A DNA stretch of 64,000 bases from Gammaproteobacteria bacterium (GTDB lineage Bacteria; Pseudomonadota; Gammaproteobacteria; SZUA-140): assembly GCA_015488555.1 (NCBI GenBank), contig WFNO01000123.1:6627-70626 (forward strand). The letters are read 5' to 3'. Both the position numbers and the translations under genes were made by a program. This document shows positions 52,093-62,720 of this stretch, piece by piece. A model generated the notes under the pieces. That model did no database searches and was not told the DNA's origin. It saw only the letters and a list, made by a program, of their open reading frames with translations. Within the stretch, counting starts at the first letter, position 1; each line of letters opens with the position of its first letter.

Positions 52093-52227
52093 GGGCTGTT
52101 GAAATTCGACTCACGCGGCGTGATCCGGTGTTGAAAATGGCCTCGAAATGTTCATTTATTGACTGTGCTTTCTCGGCCATTTTCGCCTCGTCTCGCATTC
52201 GCCCGATCGAATTTCGACTGCCTGCTA
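52093..52227 (+). repeat. MITE-like palindromic element, copy B (about 135 bp)
   Basis: Same orientation as copy A and about 85% identical, with one 8-bp indel. The left terminus is degenerate. Its last 3 nt (CTA) are the complement of the ubiB TAG stop codon. Confidence 0.8.
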
Positions 52228-53871
52228 AGGCCGGGCGGCGTAGAAGAATGCCACCGCCAGTGCGGCGAGGATCCAGCTCACCAGGGGAATGCCGCCCAGG
52301 AGCATGCCCAGGGTATCACCCAGGCCGGCGGTGACGGCGGCGCTGATGAGCAGGGCGCCGCCGACGATGGCGCCGTAATTGCGCCGCTGGCTGCGGGTGA
52401 TCTCTTCCCGAATGGCTTCCAGTTCCTGGGGGGGCGCCCGCGTCTTCAGGCGTCCTTGGCGCAACTGTTCCAGCACTTCGTACGCCAGCAAGGGTGCGTG
52501 CGGCATCTTCTCCATCACTTCCGGGCTGGTGCGGCGCAGGGTCTTGAGAAAGGCGCGCGGGCCGATGTGATCCTGCATCCAGCGTTCCAGAAAGGGCTTG
52601 GCGGTGCGCCACAGATCCAGGTCCGGATAGAGCTGGCGCCCCAGGCCCTCGATGTTGAGCAAGGTCTTTTGCAACAGCAGCAACTGGGGCTGTACTTCCA
52701 TGTTGAAACGCCGCACGGTCTGGAACAGGCGCAGCAACAGGCGGCCGAAGGAGATTTCCTTCAGCGGGCGCTCGAAGATGGGCTCGCACACGGTGCGGAT
52801 GGCCGATTCGAATTCGTCGATACGGGTGCCTTCGGGGACCCAGCCCGACTGGATGTGCAGTTCCGCCACGCGGTGATAGTCGCGGTTGAAGAAGGCCAGG
52901 AAGTTCTCCGCGAGATAGCGCTGGTCCTCGGGGCTCAAGGTGCCCATGATGCCGAAGTCCACGGCGATGTACTGGCCCGCGGGGGAGACGAAGATGTTGC
53001 CGGGGTGCATGTCGGCGTGGAAGAAATTGTGGCGGAACACCTGGGTGAAAAAGATCTCCACGCCGCGCTCCGAGAGTTTCTCCAGGTCGATGCCGGCGGC
53101 CTGCAAGGCCTCGACGTCGTTCACTGGGATGCCGGAGATCCGTTCCATGACCATGACCCGGCGGCGCGTGTAGGGCCAGTACACCTCCGGCACGTAGAGC
53201 AGGTCCGAGCCGCTGAAATTGCGCCGCAACTGGGAGGCGTTGGCGGCCTCGCGCACCAGGTCCAGCTCGTCGAGGATGGTCTTTTCGTATTCGGCGATCA
53301 CTTCACGAGGGCGCAGGCGGCGGCCTTCCTTCCAGTAGCGTTCCGCCAGCTCGGCGAGGATGTAGAGCAATCCCACGTCGCGTTTGATGATCTCTTCGAT
53401 CCCGGGGCGCACCACCTTGACGATCACCTCGCGGCCGTCGCGCAGGCGGGCGGGGTGCACCTGGGCGATGGAGGCGGAGGCGATGGGGGTCTCGTCGAAA
53501 GCGGCGAACATCTCGGTCACCGGCCGGCCCAGGGTCTGTTCCACGATGCGGCGGGCCTCGGAGCCGGGGAAGGGACTGACGCTGTCCTGCAGCTTGGCCA
53601 GTTCGTCGGCGATGTCGTCCGGCAGCAGATCGCGGCGGGTGGAGAGGATCTGCCCGAACTTGACGTAGATGGGGCCCAATTCCTCCAGGGTGCGGCGGAT
53701 GCGCACCGCGCGCGGATCCCGCGGGCGCCGGAACCAATTCCACGGCAACAGGTAGAGCAGGAAGCGGAAGGGACGGAACAGATGGGTGGCGAAGACGACC
53801 TCGTCCAGGCCGTTCTTGACCAGGATGCGGTTGATGTTCAACAGGCGCAGGGCCTGCTGGATCTGGATCAC
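52225..53871 (-). CDS. ubiB: Ubiquinone biosynthesis regulatory protein kinase UbiB
   Basis: 548 aa; LGPIYVKFGQILSTRRDLLP, ASIAQVH, HADMHPGNIF, two C-terminal TM helices. GTG start overlaps the ubiJ stop (GTGA). Confidence 0.95.
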   Translation of the reverse strand: MIQIQQALRLLNINRILVKNGLDEVVFATHLFRPFRFLLYLLPWNWFRRPRDPRAVRIRRTLEELGPIYVKFGQILSTRRDLLPDDIADELAKLQDSVSPFPGSEARRIVEQTLGRPVTEMFAAFDETPIASASIAQVHPARLRDGREVIVKVVRPGIEEIIKRDVGLLYILAELAERYWKEGRRLRPREVIAEYEKTILDELDLVREAANASQLRRNFSGSDLLYVPEVYWPYTRRRVMVMERISGIPVNDVEALQAAGIDLEKLSERGVEIFFTQVFRHNFFHADMHPGNIFVSPAGQYIAVDFGIMGTLSPEDQRYLAENFLAFFNRDYHRVAELHIQSGWVPEGTRIDEFESAIRTVCEPIFERPLKEISFGRLLLRLFQTVRRFNMEVQPQLLLLQKTLLNIEGLGRQLYPDLDLWRTAKPFLERWMQDHIGPRAFLKTLRRTSPEVMEKMPHAPLLAYEVLEQLRQGRLKTRAPPQELEAIREEITRSQRRNYGAIVGGALLISAAVTAGLGDTLGMLLGGIPLVSWILAALAVAFFYAARP

Positions 53872-54536
53872 GCCTCCTCTCCGCGGGAGGAGGGAAGGCG
53901 ATGGGCGGCCCGTTGCTGCAGGCGGCGGATGCGCTGTTCCAGGCGTTCGGCATCGTCGCGCAGGGTGTCCACCGCAGCGGCGAAGGCCTCGATCTCGTCA
54001 CGGTAGGGCAGCAGGGCCTGTTCCTCGCGCAGGTATTCCACCGTGCTCGCTTCCAGATCGACCGCCGCCCGGCGGCACCAGTCCCGCAGGGTGCGCAAGG
54101 CGCGGGCCGTCTCGTGGGCCGCCACGTCGCCGATGACGCGGGCGAGCTGTTCCTCCCAGTCGATGTCCAGGCCGGCGAGCAGTTCCTGGAAGCGGCGCGC
54201 GGTCTCCACGTCGCCCGCGATCTCCAGTCCTTCCGGAAAGGGGCGCGGGTGCGGAGCCTGATCGCGCTCACCCGCCAGCACCATGCGCAGGAGGGTGAAG
54301 GGCGCACCCTTGAGCGTGGCATGGGGGGAGATCTCGCTGCGGGTGCTCAGGCGCAGGCCGCCGGTGGTGGCGAACAGATACACGGTCAGTCCCAGGCCTT
54401 GCAGTTCCACCGCCAGTTGCCGGCCGGCGAGGGCGCCGAGTCGCGCCCGGCTCTGGGGATCCAGGCGCAGGGCGGTGTCGAAGGCCCGCTCCAGGATCTG
54501 CAGGGCGCCGTCTTGCAACAGGGTGGCGACGGACAT
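53868..54536 (-). CDS. ubiJ: Ubiquinone biosynthesis accessory factor UbiJ (SCP2 domain)
   Basis: 222 aa from ATG 54536. SCP2-like N-terminal half and a coiled C-terminus (VDTLRDDAERLEQRIRRLQ). Sits between ubiE and ubiB. Confidence 0.8.
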   Translation of the reverse strand: MSVATLLQDGALQILERAFDTALRLDPQSRARLGALAGRQLAVELQGLGLTVYLFATTGGLRLSTRSEISPHATLKGAPFTLLRMVLAGERDQAPHPRPFPEGLEIAGDVETARRFQELLAGLDIDWEEQLARVIGDVAAHETARALRTLRDWCRRAAVDLEASTVEYLREEQALLPYRDEIEAFAAAVDTLRDDAERLEQRIRRLQQRAAHRLPSSRGEEA

Positions 54537-54547
54537 GGCGGCGCTTC

Positions 54548-55345
54548 CTACAGTTTGTAGCCCCGATGCAGGGCGACGATGCCCGCCGAGAAGTTGAGAT
54601 ATTCGCAATGCGCGAAGCCGGCGCTGCGCATCATTTCTAACAGCGCTTCCTGGTCCGGATGCATGCGGATGGACTCGGCGAGATAGCGATAACTGTCGGC
54701 GTCGTCGACGATGAGTTTGCCCAGGCGGGGTAGCACGTTGAAGGAATAGGCGTCGTAGACACGGCTCAATCCGGGCAGCCGCGGTTTGGAGAATTCCAGG
54801 ATCAGCACCTGGCCGCCGGGACGCAGCACGCGCCACAACTGGGCCAGGGCCGCCTCCTTGCACGTGACGTTGCGCAGGCCGAAGGCCATGGTGGCGCAAT
54901 GGAAACAGTCGTCGGGAAAGGGCAGGGCCTCGGCATCGGCCTGCACGTAATGGACGTTGCCGGCGATGCCCTCGTCGGTGAGGCGCTGGCGGCCGCGCTG
55001 CAGCATGCGGGCGTTGATATCGGCGGCGACCACCGTGCCCGTCTCGCCCACCCGCCGCGCCAGGCGGCGGGTGAGATCGCCGGTGCCGGCCGCCAGGTCC
55101 AATACCTGTTGGCCGGGGCGTACCGGACTCAAGTGGATGGTGAGCCACTTCCAGAGCCGGTGGATGCCGAAGGACATGACATCGTTCATGATGTCGTAGC
55201 GCTGGGCCACGGAATCGAACACCTGGCCCACGCGGCGTTTCTTCTCCGGCACCGGCACCTGCTGGAAGCCGAAGTGCGTGGTGCCGGCGGCTTCCGGTTC
55301 GCCGGATGGCTGGGCCCGTGTCTCGCCGCCCGAAGTCTCGCTCAT
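54548..55345 (-). CDS. ubiE: Ubiquinone/menaquinone biosynthesis C-methyltransferase UbiE
   Basis: [47 protein letters not shown] motif [10 protein letters not shown]. Start at ATG 55345. Confidence 0.95.
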   Translation of the reverse strand: MSETSGGETRAQPSGEPEAAGTTHFGFQQVPVPEKKRRVGQVFDSVAQRYDIMNDVMSFGIHRLWKWLTIHLSPVRPGQQVLDLAAGTGDLTRRLARRVGETGTVVAADINARMLQRGRQRLTDEGIAGNVHYVQADAEALPFPDDCFHCATMAFGLRNVTCKEAALAQLWRVLRPGGQVLILEFSKPRLPGLSRVYDAYSFNVLPRLGKLIVDDADSYRYLAESIRMHPDQEALLEMMRSAGFAHCEYLNFSAGIVALHRGYKL

Positions 55346-55713
55346 GACGCCTCTTCCTCCCGGCGCGAAGCACCGGCTTCGGCCAGGCGTTGCAGATAAC
55401 GCTGCCACAACTCGTCCTTGCGGCGTCCCAGATCGTAGAGCAGATCCCAGGAATAGAGACCGGTGTCGTGGCCGTCGTCGAAGCACAGGCGCACGGCATA
55501 CTGGCCCACCGGTTCGATGCGTTCGATGTTCACGTTTTCCTTGCCGGTCTGCAACACTTCCTGCCCCGGCCCGTGGCCGCGGACCTCGGCGGAAGGGGAA
55601 TACACGCGCAGGAATTCACAGGACAGCTCGAAGCGGGAACCGTCGTCGAAGACCAGCTCCAGGATGCGCGAGCGCCGGTGCAGCTTGATCTTCGTGGGGC
55701 GGGGGCCGTTCAT
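55342..55713 (-). CDS. DUF971 (gamma-butyrobetaine hydroxylase-like N-terminal domain) protein
   Basis: [44 protein letters not shown]...[19 protein letters not shown] overlap with ubiE. Confidence 0.85.
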   Translation of the reverse strand: MNGPRPTKIKLHRRSRILELVFDDGSRFELSCEFLRVYSPSAEVRGHGPGQEVLQTGKENVNIERIEPVGQYAVRLCFDDGHDTGLYSWDLLYDLGRRKDELWQRYLQRLAEAGASRREEEAS

Positions 55714-55723
55714 GCGTGCCACC

Positions 55724-57049
55724 TCACAGGATGTAACGACTCAGGTCCTCGTCCCGCACCAGCTCGTCGAGGCGCTCGTCGACGTATTTCGCATCGATGA
55801 CCACGGTCTTGCCGCTCAGGTCCGAGGCCTCGAAGGCCAGGGATTCCATGACTCGTTCCATGACCGTGTGCAGGCGCCGGGCGCCGATGTTCTCGGTGCG
55901 CTCGTTCACCTGCCAGGCGATCTCGGCGATGCGCGCGATGCCGTCCTCCGTGAACTCCACGGTCACGTTCTCGGTGGCCATGAGCGCCTTGTATTGTTCC
56001 GTGAGCGAGGCGTCCGGCTCGGTGAGGATGCGCACGAAGTCCTGCACGGTGAGGGCCTCCAATTCCACGCGGATGGGCAGGCGCCCCTGCAGCTCCGGGA
56101 TGAGATCGGAGGGCTTGCTGAGATGGAAGGCGCCGGAGGCGATGAAGAGGATGTGATCGCTCTTCACCATGCCGTGCTTGGTGGACACCGTGCAGCCCTC
56201 CACCAGCGGCAACAGGTCGCGCTGCACGCCTTCGCGGGAGACGTCGGGACCGCCGTGTTCGGAGCGCCGGGCGATCTTGTCGATCTCGTCCAGGAAGACG
56301 ATGCCGTTCTGCTCCACGTTCTCCAGGGCCCGGCTCTTGATGTCTTCCTCGTTGACCAGCTTGGCAGCCTCCTCGTCGCACAGCAGCTTGAAGGCCTTCT
56401 TCACCGGCAGGCGGCGCTTGCGCTTGCGTTCACCCGCCAGGTTCTGGAACATGCTCTGCAATTGGCTGCTCATCTCTTCCATGCCCGGCGGGGTCATGAT
56501 CTCCACGCCCACCGGCACCATGCGGATCTCCACCTCGATCTCCTTGTCGTCCAGCTTGCCTTCGCGCAGCATCTTGCGGAACTTCTGCCGGGTCTCGGCC
56601 ATCTCCTCGCTGCCGCCGTCGCGCGGGGGTGGGAGCAGGATGTCGAGGATGCGCTCCTCGGCGATCTCCTCGGCGCGGTGGCGCACCTTCTGCATCTCCT
56701 GTTCGCGGGTCATCTTGATGGAGATGTCCACCAGGTCGCGGATGATGGACTCCACGTCCCGGCCCACGTAGCCCACCTCCGTGAACTTGCTGGCCTCCAC
56801 TTTGATGAACGGCGCCTGCGCCAGCTTCGCCACGCGGCGGGCGATCTCGGTCTTGCCCACGCCGGTGGGACCGATCATGAGGATGTTCTTGGGCGTGATC
56901 TCGTTGCGCAGAGCCTCCGGGACCTGCATGCGGCGCCAGCGGTTGCGCAAGGCGATGGCCACGGCACGCTTGGCGGCATCCTGGCCGATGATGTGCTTGT
57001 CCAGTTCCTGGACGATTTCCCTCGGTGTCATGGCAGACATGGCGCTCAA
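55724..57049 (-). CDS. hslU: ATP-dependent protease ATPase subunit HslU
   Basis: 441 aa; [34 protein letters not shown], Walker [24 protein letters not shown]. Confidence 0.98.
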   Translation of the reverse strand: MSAMSAMTPREIVQELDKHIIGQDAAKRAVAIALRNRWRRMQVPEALRNEITPKNILMIGPTGVGKTEIARRVAKLAQAPFIKVEASKFTEVGYVGRDVESIIRDLVDISIKMTREQEMQKVRHRAEEIAEERILDILLPPPRDGGSEEMAETRQKFRKMLREGKLDDKEIEVEIRMVPVGVEIMTPPGMEEMSSQLQSMFQNLAGERKRKRRLPVKKAFKLLCDEEAAKLVNEEDIKSRALENVEQNGIVFLDEIDKIARRSEHGGPDVSREGVQRDLLPLVEGCTVSTKHGMVKSDHILFIASGAFHLSKPSDLIPELQGRLPIRVELEALTVQDFVRILTEPDASLTEQYKALMATENVTVEFTEDGIARIAEIAWQVNERTENIGARRLHTVMERVMESLAFEASDLSGKTVVIDAKYVDERLDELVRDEDLSRYIL

Positions 57050-57594
57050 GACGGCTGTTCCTCCAGTTCCTCGATGGTGAGATGATGGTTGCTGTAGACG
57101 CAGATGTCCGCGGCGATGCCCAGGGCCCGCTCCACGATCTCGCGGGCGCTCAATTCGGTGTGTTCCAGCAGGGCGCGGGCCGCCGCCTGGGCATAGGGGC
57201 CGCCGGAACCGATGGCCATGAGGTCGTTCTCCGGTTCGATGACGTCACCGTTGCCGGAGATGATCAGGGAGGCGCGGCTGTCGGCCACCGCCAGCAGCGC
57301 CTCCAGGCGGCGCAGGATGCGATCGGTGCGCCAGTCCTTGGCCAGTTCCACGGCGGCGCGGGTGAGATTGCCCGAGTACATCTCCAGCTTGCCCTCGAAG
57401 CGTTCGAAGAGCGTGAAGGCGTCCGCCGTGCCGCCGGCGAAACCGGCCAGCACCCGGTCGTTGTAGAGGCGGCGCACCTTGCGGGCATTGCCCTTCATGA
57501 TGGTGTTGCCCAGGGAGACCTGACCGTCACCGCCGAGCACGACCCGGCCGCCACGGCGCACGGACAGGATGGTGGTGCCCCGGAATTGCTCCAC
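57046..57594 (-). CDS. hslV: ATP-dependent protease subunit HslV
   Basis: 182 aa from the GTG that follows [53 protein letters not shown]. Confidence 0.95.
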   Translation of the reverse strand: MEQFRGTTILSVRRGGRVVLGGDGQVSLGNTIMKGNARKVRRLYNDRVLAGFAGGTADAFTLFERFEGKLEMYSGNLTRAAVELAKDWRTDRILRRLEALLAVADSRASLIISGNGDVIEPENDLMAIGSGGPYAQAAARALLEHTELSAREIVERALGIAADICVYSNHHLTIEELEEQPS

Positions 57595-57669
57595 GTGTGT
57601 ACACTCCTCGAGAGAATGGGCAGGGAGGGAAATTGTACAACAAAACAACGGCCGAAGCGTGGCCTGGAT

Positions 57670-58623
57670 TCAGGACTGTTGGTCTTGCGTCCTCTGCGCT
57701 CTGCCCGCTGACCTCTGTCTTCCGCCCTCCGACTTCCGGCTGCGGGGATGGCTGCGGTCGTACACCTGGGCCAGATGCTGGAAGTCCAGGTGGGTGTAGA
57801 TCTGGGTGGTGGAGAGATGGGCGTGCCCCAGCAGTTCTTGCACCGCGCGCAGGTCGCCGCTGGACTCCAGCAGGTGGCTGGCGCAGCTGTGGCGCAGGAG
57901 ATGGGGATGCACCCCGCCCGCCAGCCCCTGGCGGGCGGCCCAGTATTGCAGGCGCTGCTGCAGGCTGCGCGGCGCCAGGCGGCGCCCGCGCCGGCTGAGG
58001 AACACGGCCTGTTCCGCCGGGTCACCGCACCAGTGCCCGCGCACCGCCAGCCAGTCCCGCAGCGCGTCCCGGGCGCAGCGGCCCACGGGCACCACCCGGG
58101 TCTTGCGCCCCTTGCCGGTGACCGTGACCGTGCCGCCGTCCAGGTCGAGTTGGGGCAGGTCCAGGGCACACAGTTCTGCCAGCCGCAGGCCCGAGGAATA
58201 GAACAGTTCGAGAACGGCCCGGTCGCGGCGCACCAGCGGCGTGTCCCCCGGCAGGTTCAGAAGCCGCTGCATCTGATCCACGTCCAGGGTCTGGGGGAGG
58301 GTGCGGGGAGCGCGGGGGGCCTGCACCGCGCGCGCGGGATTGTGCGACAGCGCGCCTTCGCGCACCAGGAATTCACACAGACTGCGCAGGGCCGACAGAT
58401 GTCGTTGAATGCTACGCCCGTGCAGGCCGCGGCGATGCAGGAAAGCGGCGAAGCCTCGCACCTGGTGGTGGTTGAGGGTGGCGGGTTCGGTCACGCCCTG
58501 GGTGCGCCCGTATTCCAGAAAGCACCGCAGGTCGCGCCGGTAGGCGGCCACGGTGTGGGGGGAGGCGCGCCGTTCCACCTGGAGGTGGGAGAGAAAGCGT
58601 TCCAGCCAGGCCTCCAGGTCCAT
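57670..58623 (-). CDS. xerC: Site-specific tyrosine recombinase XerC (chromosome dimer resolution)
   Basis: 317 aa; ARDRAVLELFYSSGLRLAEL, HLLRHSCASHLLESSGDLRAVQELLGHAHLSTTQIYTH. dapF-DUF484-xerC synteny. Confidence 0.9.
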   Translation of the reverse strand: MDLEAWLERFLSHLQVERRASPHTVAAYRRDLRCFLEYGRTQGVTEPATLNHHQVRGFAAFLHRRGLHGRSIQRHLSALRSLCEFLVREGALSHNPARAVQAPRAPRTLPQTLDVDQMQRLLNLPGDTPLVRRDRAVLELFYSSGLRLAELCALDLPQLDLDGGTVTVTGKGRKTRVVPVGRCARDALRDWLAVRGHWCGDPAEQAVFLSRRGRRLAPRSLQQRLQYWAARQGLAGGVHPHLLRHSCASHLLESSGDLRAVQELLGHAHLSTTQIYTHLDFQHLAQVYDRSHPRSRKSEGGRQRSAGRAQRTQDQQS

Positions 58624-58635
58624 GCAGAAGATGTT

Positions 58636-59343
58636 TCAGTCCGATTCGAAGTGCGGGCGCAGGCGGCGGCTCACCAGGGCGCCCAGGTGCTGCAGATAGG
58701 CCGTGCCCATCTCGGCATGGAAACGCCGCAGGTCGTGGCTGCCGATGGCCAGCAGGCCGCGCGCCTGTCCGCCCAGTTCCAGCGGCAGCAGGGCGGCGCT
58801 GGCCACCGGCGCGGCCTGCTCCCCGAACAGCCAGCCCAGGATCTCGTCGCTGAACTTGCCGCAGGCCGGCCGCGCGGCGGCCACGATCTTGTCCAGCTCC
58901 GGGGGCAGCGGGCGTGCCTCGAGGCGCAGGAAGGCGTCTTGTTCCAATCCCAGCAGGCGCCGGGCTTCGGGATGCAGCACGTGCAGGGCCGCGACGTCCG
59001 CTTCGAAGTCCGCCAGCAGGGATTCGCGCAGGAGCGCCACGATTCGCGCGGCGTCGGCGGCGTCCAGCAGCTCCAGGGTGAGCTTGTGCAGGCGCGCGAT
59101 GAGCCGGTCGTTGTCGCGGGCGATCCGGATCCATTCGTGCAACTGTTCCCGGTACTGCCGGTTGTGGCGCCGCAGGATGGCCACCTGGCGCTCGATGAGT
59201 GAGGTGGCCGGTCCGGTTTCGTGCATCAATTCCAGCTCGGCCAGCAGGCGCGGGTGGCGCAGGAAGAAATCGGGATGGCGGCGCAGATAGTCGGCCACCA
59301 CCTTTTCGTCGATGGCTGCCGTTTCGTCACAAGGTGTGCTCAT
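58636..59343 (-). CDS. DUF484 family protein (YigA-like)
   Basis: [25 protein letters not shown]...[10 protein letters not shown]; GAF-like C-terminus. ATGA overlap with dapF. Confidence 0.85.
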   Translation of the reverse strand: MSTPCDETAAIDEKVVADYLRRHPDFFLRHPRLLAELELMHETGPATSLIERQVAILRRHNRQYREQLHEWIRIARDNDRLIARLHKLTLELLDAADAARIVALLRESLLADFEADVAALHVLHPEARRLLGLEQDAFLRLEARPLPPELDKIVAAARPACGKFSDEILGWLFGEQAAPVASAALLPLELGGQARGLLAIGSHDLRRFHAEMGTAYLQHLGALVSRRLRPHFESD

Positions 59344-60170
59344 AGTGTGATGGTGCCTTCGAAGACAAAGGTTGCCGGTCCGGTCATCATAACGGAATGT
59401 CCTGCGCCTGACCATTGAATGGAGAGCGGGCCGCCGGGCAGACGAATCTCCACGGGCGAGCGCAAAAGCCTGCGGCGTATGCCCGCCACGGCCGCTGCGC
59501 AGGCGCCGCTGCCGCAGGCCAGGGTCTCACCGCTGCCGCGCTCGTAGACCCGTAGGCGGCCGTGGTGTTCGTCCACCACTTGCAGGAAACCCACGTTGAC
59601 GCCGCGCGGGAAGCGTTCGTGCGCGCCGATGGCAGGACCCAGGCGCGCCACCGGGGCCTGCTCCACGTCCTCCACCAGGAGCACGGCATGGGGGTTGCCC
59701 AGCGCCAGGACGCTGATCTCCACCGTTTCCTCGCCCACCGCCAAGGAATACGAGGAGGCGGCGGCCGGGGCCAGGAAGGGAACCTCCGCCGGCTCGAAGC
59801 GCGGCACGCCCATGTCCACGCGCACCTGCCCGTTCTCCAGCAGGGTGGTGCGCAAGGGTCTGGCCAGGGTCTCCAGGACCAGGTCGCGCTTGTCCGTGAG
59901 GCCCCGCTCGTGGACGAAGCGGGCGAAACAGCGGGCGCCGTTACCGCAGGTTTCCGCCTCGCTGCCATCGGCGTTGAAGATGCGGTAGCGGAAATCGGCC
60001 GCCGGCGACTGGGCCGGTGCCGCCAGCAACACTTGGTCGCAGCCCACGCCCAGGCGCCGGCACGCCAGGTGGCGGATCTGCTCCGGGCTCAGGGTCACCG
60101 GCTGGCGCACGGCGTCGATCACCACGAAATCGTTGCCCAGGCCGTGCATCTTGGTGAAGTGCAGTTTCAT
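59340..60170 (-). CDS. dapF: Diaminopimelate epimerase
   Basis: [20 protein letters not shown], catalytic Cys contexts [16 protein letters not shown] and [16 protein letters not shown]. Confidence 0.96.
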   Translation of the reverse strand: MKLHFTKMHGLGNDFVVIDAVRQPVTLSPEQIRHLACRRLGVGCDQVLLAAPAQSPAADFRYRIFNADGSEAETCGNGARCFARFVHERGLTDKRDLVLETLARPLRTTLLENGQVRVDMGVPRFEPAEVPFLAPAAASSYSLAVGEETVEISVLALGNPHAVLLVEDVEQAPVARLGPAIGAHERFPRGVNVGFLQVVDEHHGRLRVYERGSGETLACGSGACAAAVAGIRRRLLRSPVEIRLPGGPLSIQWSGAGHSVMMTGPATFVFEGTITL

Positions 60171-60225
60171 GGCGGGCATCATCCCCTGTTTCGATGCCCG
60201 CAGCAAGCCTGCTATGCTCACGCGG

Positions 60226-60816
60226 ATGGAGCTGATCGAGATCGTCCTGCTGTTGTTTCTGGTCATCGACCCCTTCGGCAACCTGCCTTTCGTGGTGGCC
60301 GTGCTGGCCCGTCTCGATGCCACGGCCTATCGGCTGGCGGTATTGCGGGAACTGGGGCTGGCCTTCGTGGTGCTGTTGTCGTTCGCCCTCGCCGGGGACA
60401 CCATCCTGCGCTATCTCAACATCGAGACCTGGTCGTTGAGCATCGCCGGCGGCATCATCCTGTTCATCATCTCTTTGAAGATGATCTTCCGCTCCGCGCG
60501 CGAGATCTTCGCCGACGACTACAGTGACAATCCCATCCTGGTGCCCATCGCCATGCCCTCCATCGCCGGCCCCTCGGCCATCACGGCCCTCATCGTGTTG
60601 CGCACCAAGGAGCAGATGCCCCTGGAGACGGTGCTGCTGGCGCTACTGGTGGTCTTCGCCCTGGCCTGTCTGGTCTTCCTGCCGGGACGGCGCCTGAGCC
60701 AGGCGCTGGGAGAACGGGGGCTGGCCGCTCTGGAGAAGTTCATGGGGCTGTTGCTCAACCTGGTTTCCGTGAGCATGATCATGCGTGGCGTGCGGGACTT
60801 CGTGACTGCGCTGTGA
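60226..60816 (+). CDS. MarC family (UPF0056) integral membrane protein
   Basis: [27 protein letters not shown]..., six TM helices. An alternative ATG is at 60214. Confidence 0.8.
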   Translation: MELIEIVLLLFLVIDPFGNLPFVVAVLARLDATAYRLAVLRELGLAFVVLLSFALAGDTILRYLNIETWSLSIAGGIILFIISLKMIFRSAREIFADDYSDNPILVPIAMPSIAGPSAITALIVLRTKEQMPLETVLLALLVVFALACLVFLPGRRLSQALGERGLAALEKFMGLLLNLVSVSMIMRGVRDFVTAL

Positions 60817-60924
60817 TACGGAGGACGGAGGACAAAGGACAGAGAGAAGTGTTCGGAGGCCTGGGGGTTGCAACACGGTGATATCGGCTTGGCACTTGTA
60901 TCCATTCTTTGAACCGAAACGCCC

Positions 60925-62367
60925 ATGAGACGCATCGCATTCTTTCTTGGTCCCCTGGCCGGTGTGCTCACACCGCTCTTGCTGGAGACCCCGGACCACC
61001 CCCACGCCCCTGCCATGGCCGGCATCGCCCTGTGGATGGCCATCTGGTGGATTAGCGAATGCGTTCCCCTGGCGGTGACCGCGCTGCTGCCCCTGCTGGC
61101 CTTTCCGCTCACCGGCATCGCCACGGCCAAGGAAATCGCCCCCCGCTACATGACCAGCATCATGTTCCTGTTCATCGGCGGTTTCCTCATCGCCCAGGCC
61201 TTGGAGCGCACCGGCCTGCACCGGCGTATCGCCTTGGCCATTCTGTCGCGCTGGCATGCCAGCCCTTTCCAGATCCTGGCGGGTTTCGCCCTGGCCACGG
61301 CCTTTCTCTCCCTGTGGATCTCCAACACCGCCACCACCATGCTCATGGTGACCGTGGGGCTGGCGGTCCTGAGCCGCATCGATCACGACAGCGAGGGGAT
61401 GCGGCTGGGCGGTTTCGCCGCCGCCCTGCTCCTGGTGATCGCCTATGCCGCCAACATCGGAGGCATGGGGACGCCGGTGGGCACCGTGCCCAATCTGGTG
61501 CTGCTGGAGACGCTGGAAAGCCATGCCCCGCATCTGAAGCCCACGTTCATGCAATGGATGATGGTGGGCATTCCCGTAGTGCTGGCCGGGCTGGTGGTCG
61601 TGCTGGCCCTGTTCGCCCTGCGCGTGCGCGGCATCGCCTGGGCCGGTGCCGGGGCGGGAAACACGCTGGCGGCCGAGCGCGCCCGCCTGGGGCCCATGCG
61701 CCGTGAGGAACGTTTCGTGGCCTGGGTCTTGGGTTTGACCGCCTTGGCGTGGATGACGCGCAAGGGCATCCACGGCGAGAGTTTCTCCATTCCCGGATGG
61801 AGCAGCCTGCTACCCTATCCGGGCGTGGACGACGGTACCGTGGCCATCGCCGGGGCCCTGGCACTGTTCCTGCTGCCCGGCCGCGATGGCCGGCCCATCC
61901 TGGGCAAGGAGGCCTTCGGCCGGTTGCCCTGGGGGATTCTCATCCTGCTGGGCGGCGGTTTCGCCCTGGCTACCGGTATGCAGCAGTCCGGGCTTTCGCA
62001 GTGGCTGGGCGAACGTTTCACCGCTTTCGCCGCCGTTCCCTTGCCGGTGATGCTGTTGCTCGTGGCCTTGCTCATGACCTTCCTCACCGAGGTCACCAGC
62101 AACACGGCCATCACCCAGGTGATGCTGCCCATCCTGGCGGCGGTGGCACTGGGCAACGAGCTGGATCTCACGCTGCTGTTGCTCGCCGCTACCCTGAGCG
62201 CCTCCTGTGCCTTCATGTTGCCGGTGGCCACTCCGCCCAATGCCATCGTATTCGGAACCGAGCGCATCCCCATGCAGGCCATGGTGCGGGCCGGGGTGTT
62301 GCTCAATTGCGCCATGCCGCTGGTCATCGTGGCCATGGTGATCCTGTTGCGCCCCCTGATGCCCTAG
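60925..62367 (+). CDS. DASS/SLC13 family anion:sodium symporter
   Basis: 480 aa with duplicated hairpin motifs WISNTATTMLM and TEVTSNTAITQVMLPI, and PVATPPNAIVF. Confidence 0.88.
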   Translation: MRRIAFFLGPLAGVLTPLLLETPDHPHAPAMAGIALWMAIWWISECVPLAVTALLPLLAFPLTGIATAKEIAPRYMTSIMFLFIGGFLIAQALERTGLHRRIALAILSRWHASPFQILAGFALATAFLSLWISNTATTMLMVTVGLAVLSRIDHDSEGMRLGGFAAALLLVIAYAANIGGMGTPVGTVPNLVLLETLESHAPHLKPTFMQWMMVGIPVVLAGLVVVLALFALRVRGIAWAGAGAGNTLAAERARLGPMRREERFVAWVLGLTALAWMTRKGIHGESFSIPGWSSLLPYPGVDDGTVAIAGALALFLLPGRDGRPILGKEAFGRLPWGILILLGGGFALATGMQQSGLSQWLGERFTAFAAVPLPVMLLLVALLMTFLTEVTSNTAITQVMLPILAAVALGNELDLTLLLLAATLSASCAFMLPVATPPNAIVFGTERIPMQAMVRAGVLLNCAMPLVIVAMVILLRPLMP

Positions 62368-62445
62368 GTTGTTGAAATTCGCCCAGGCGAGCGCGGAAGG
62401 CGGTTCGGGCGGTTTACACGAGGTGTCGGAATTCTTTACAGCAAC
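62365..62445. repeat. Truncated or degenerate copy C of the MITE-like element
   Basis: TAGGTTGTTGAAATTCGCCCAGGCGAGCGCG matches one arm of copies A and B (about 30 of 34 nt against the complement of A's right arm). The middle is deleted. Its first 3 nt are the TAG stop of the SLC13 gene. Confidence 0.55.
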
Positions 62446-62720
62446 GCGACAAGACATTTTCTGTTAACTTTTTGTTTTAAAATTTGAAATTATAACCAAC
62501 CGTTTTTATCGGGCCTATGAAGGCCATCATGTTTGTCAGGAACTTTTACAGTCATTGTGTGCTCCATAGCCGCAAACCCATAAAAAATTTTATAAAGAAC
62601 ATATGGTTGTCTTTTGTGGCCTGGATCTTGCCTTAGTTCTAGAAGTGCGTGCGATCGGCCCGTGAGGAGGAGTGTGGGTCGTCCGCTCGACAATTTAAGA
62701 ATAATAAATAAAATCAATCC

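Noticed and set aside
52159-57085. Two long plus-strand ORFs (52159-54006 and 55463-57085) plus many 150-400-aa ORFs of similar type throughout the window
   Set aside because: All are antisense or out-of-frame relative to UbiB/UbiJ and HslU and similar genes. They have low-complexity G/A/R/P/H/L-rich translations. Such open frames are expected at about 65% GC.
57670-58623. Tyrosine recombinase as a marker of an integrated element
   Set aside because: The sequence and the dapF-DUF484-xerC synteny identify housekeeping XerC. There are no flanking att-like repeats or phage genes.
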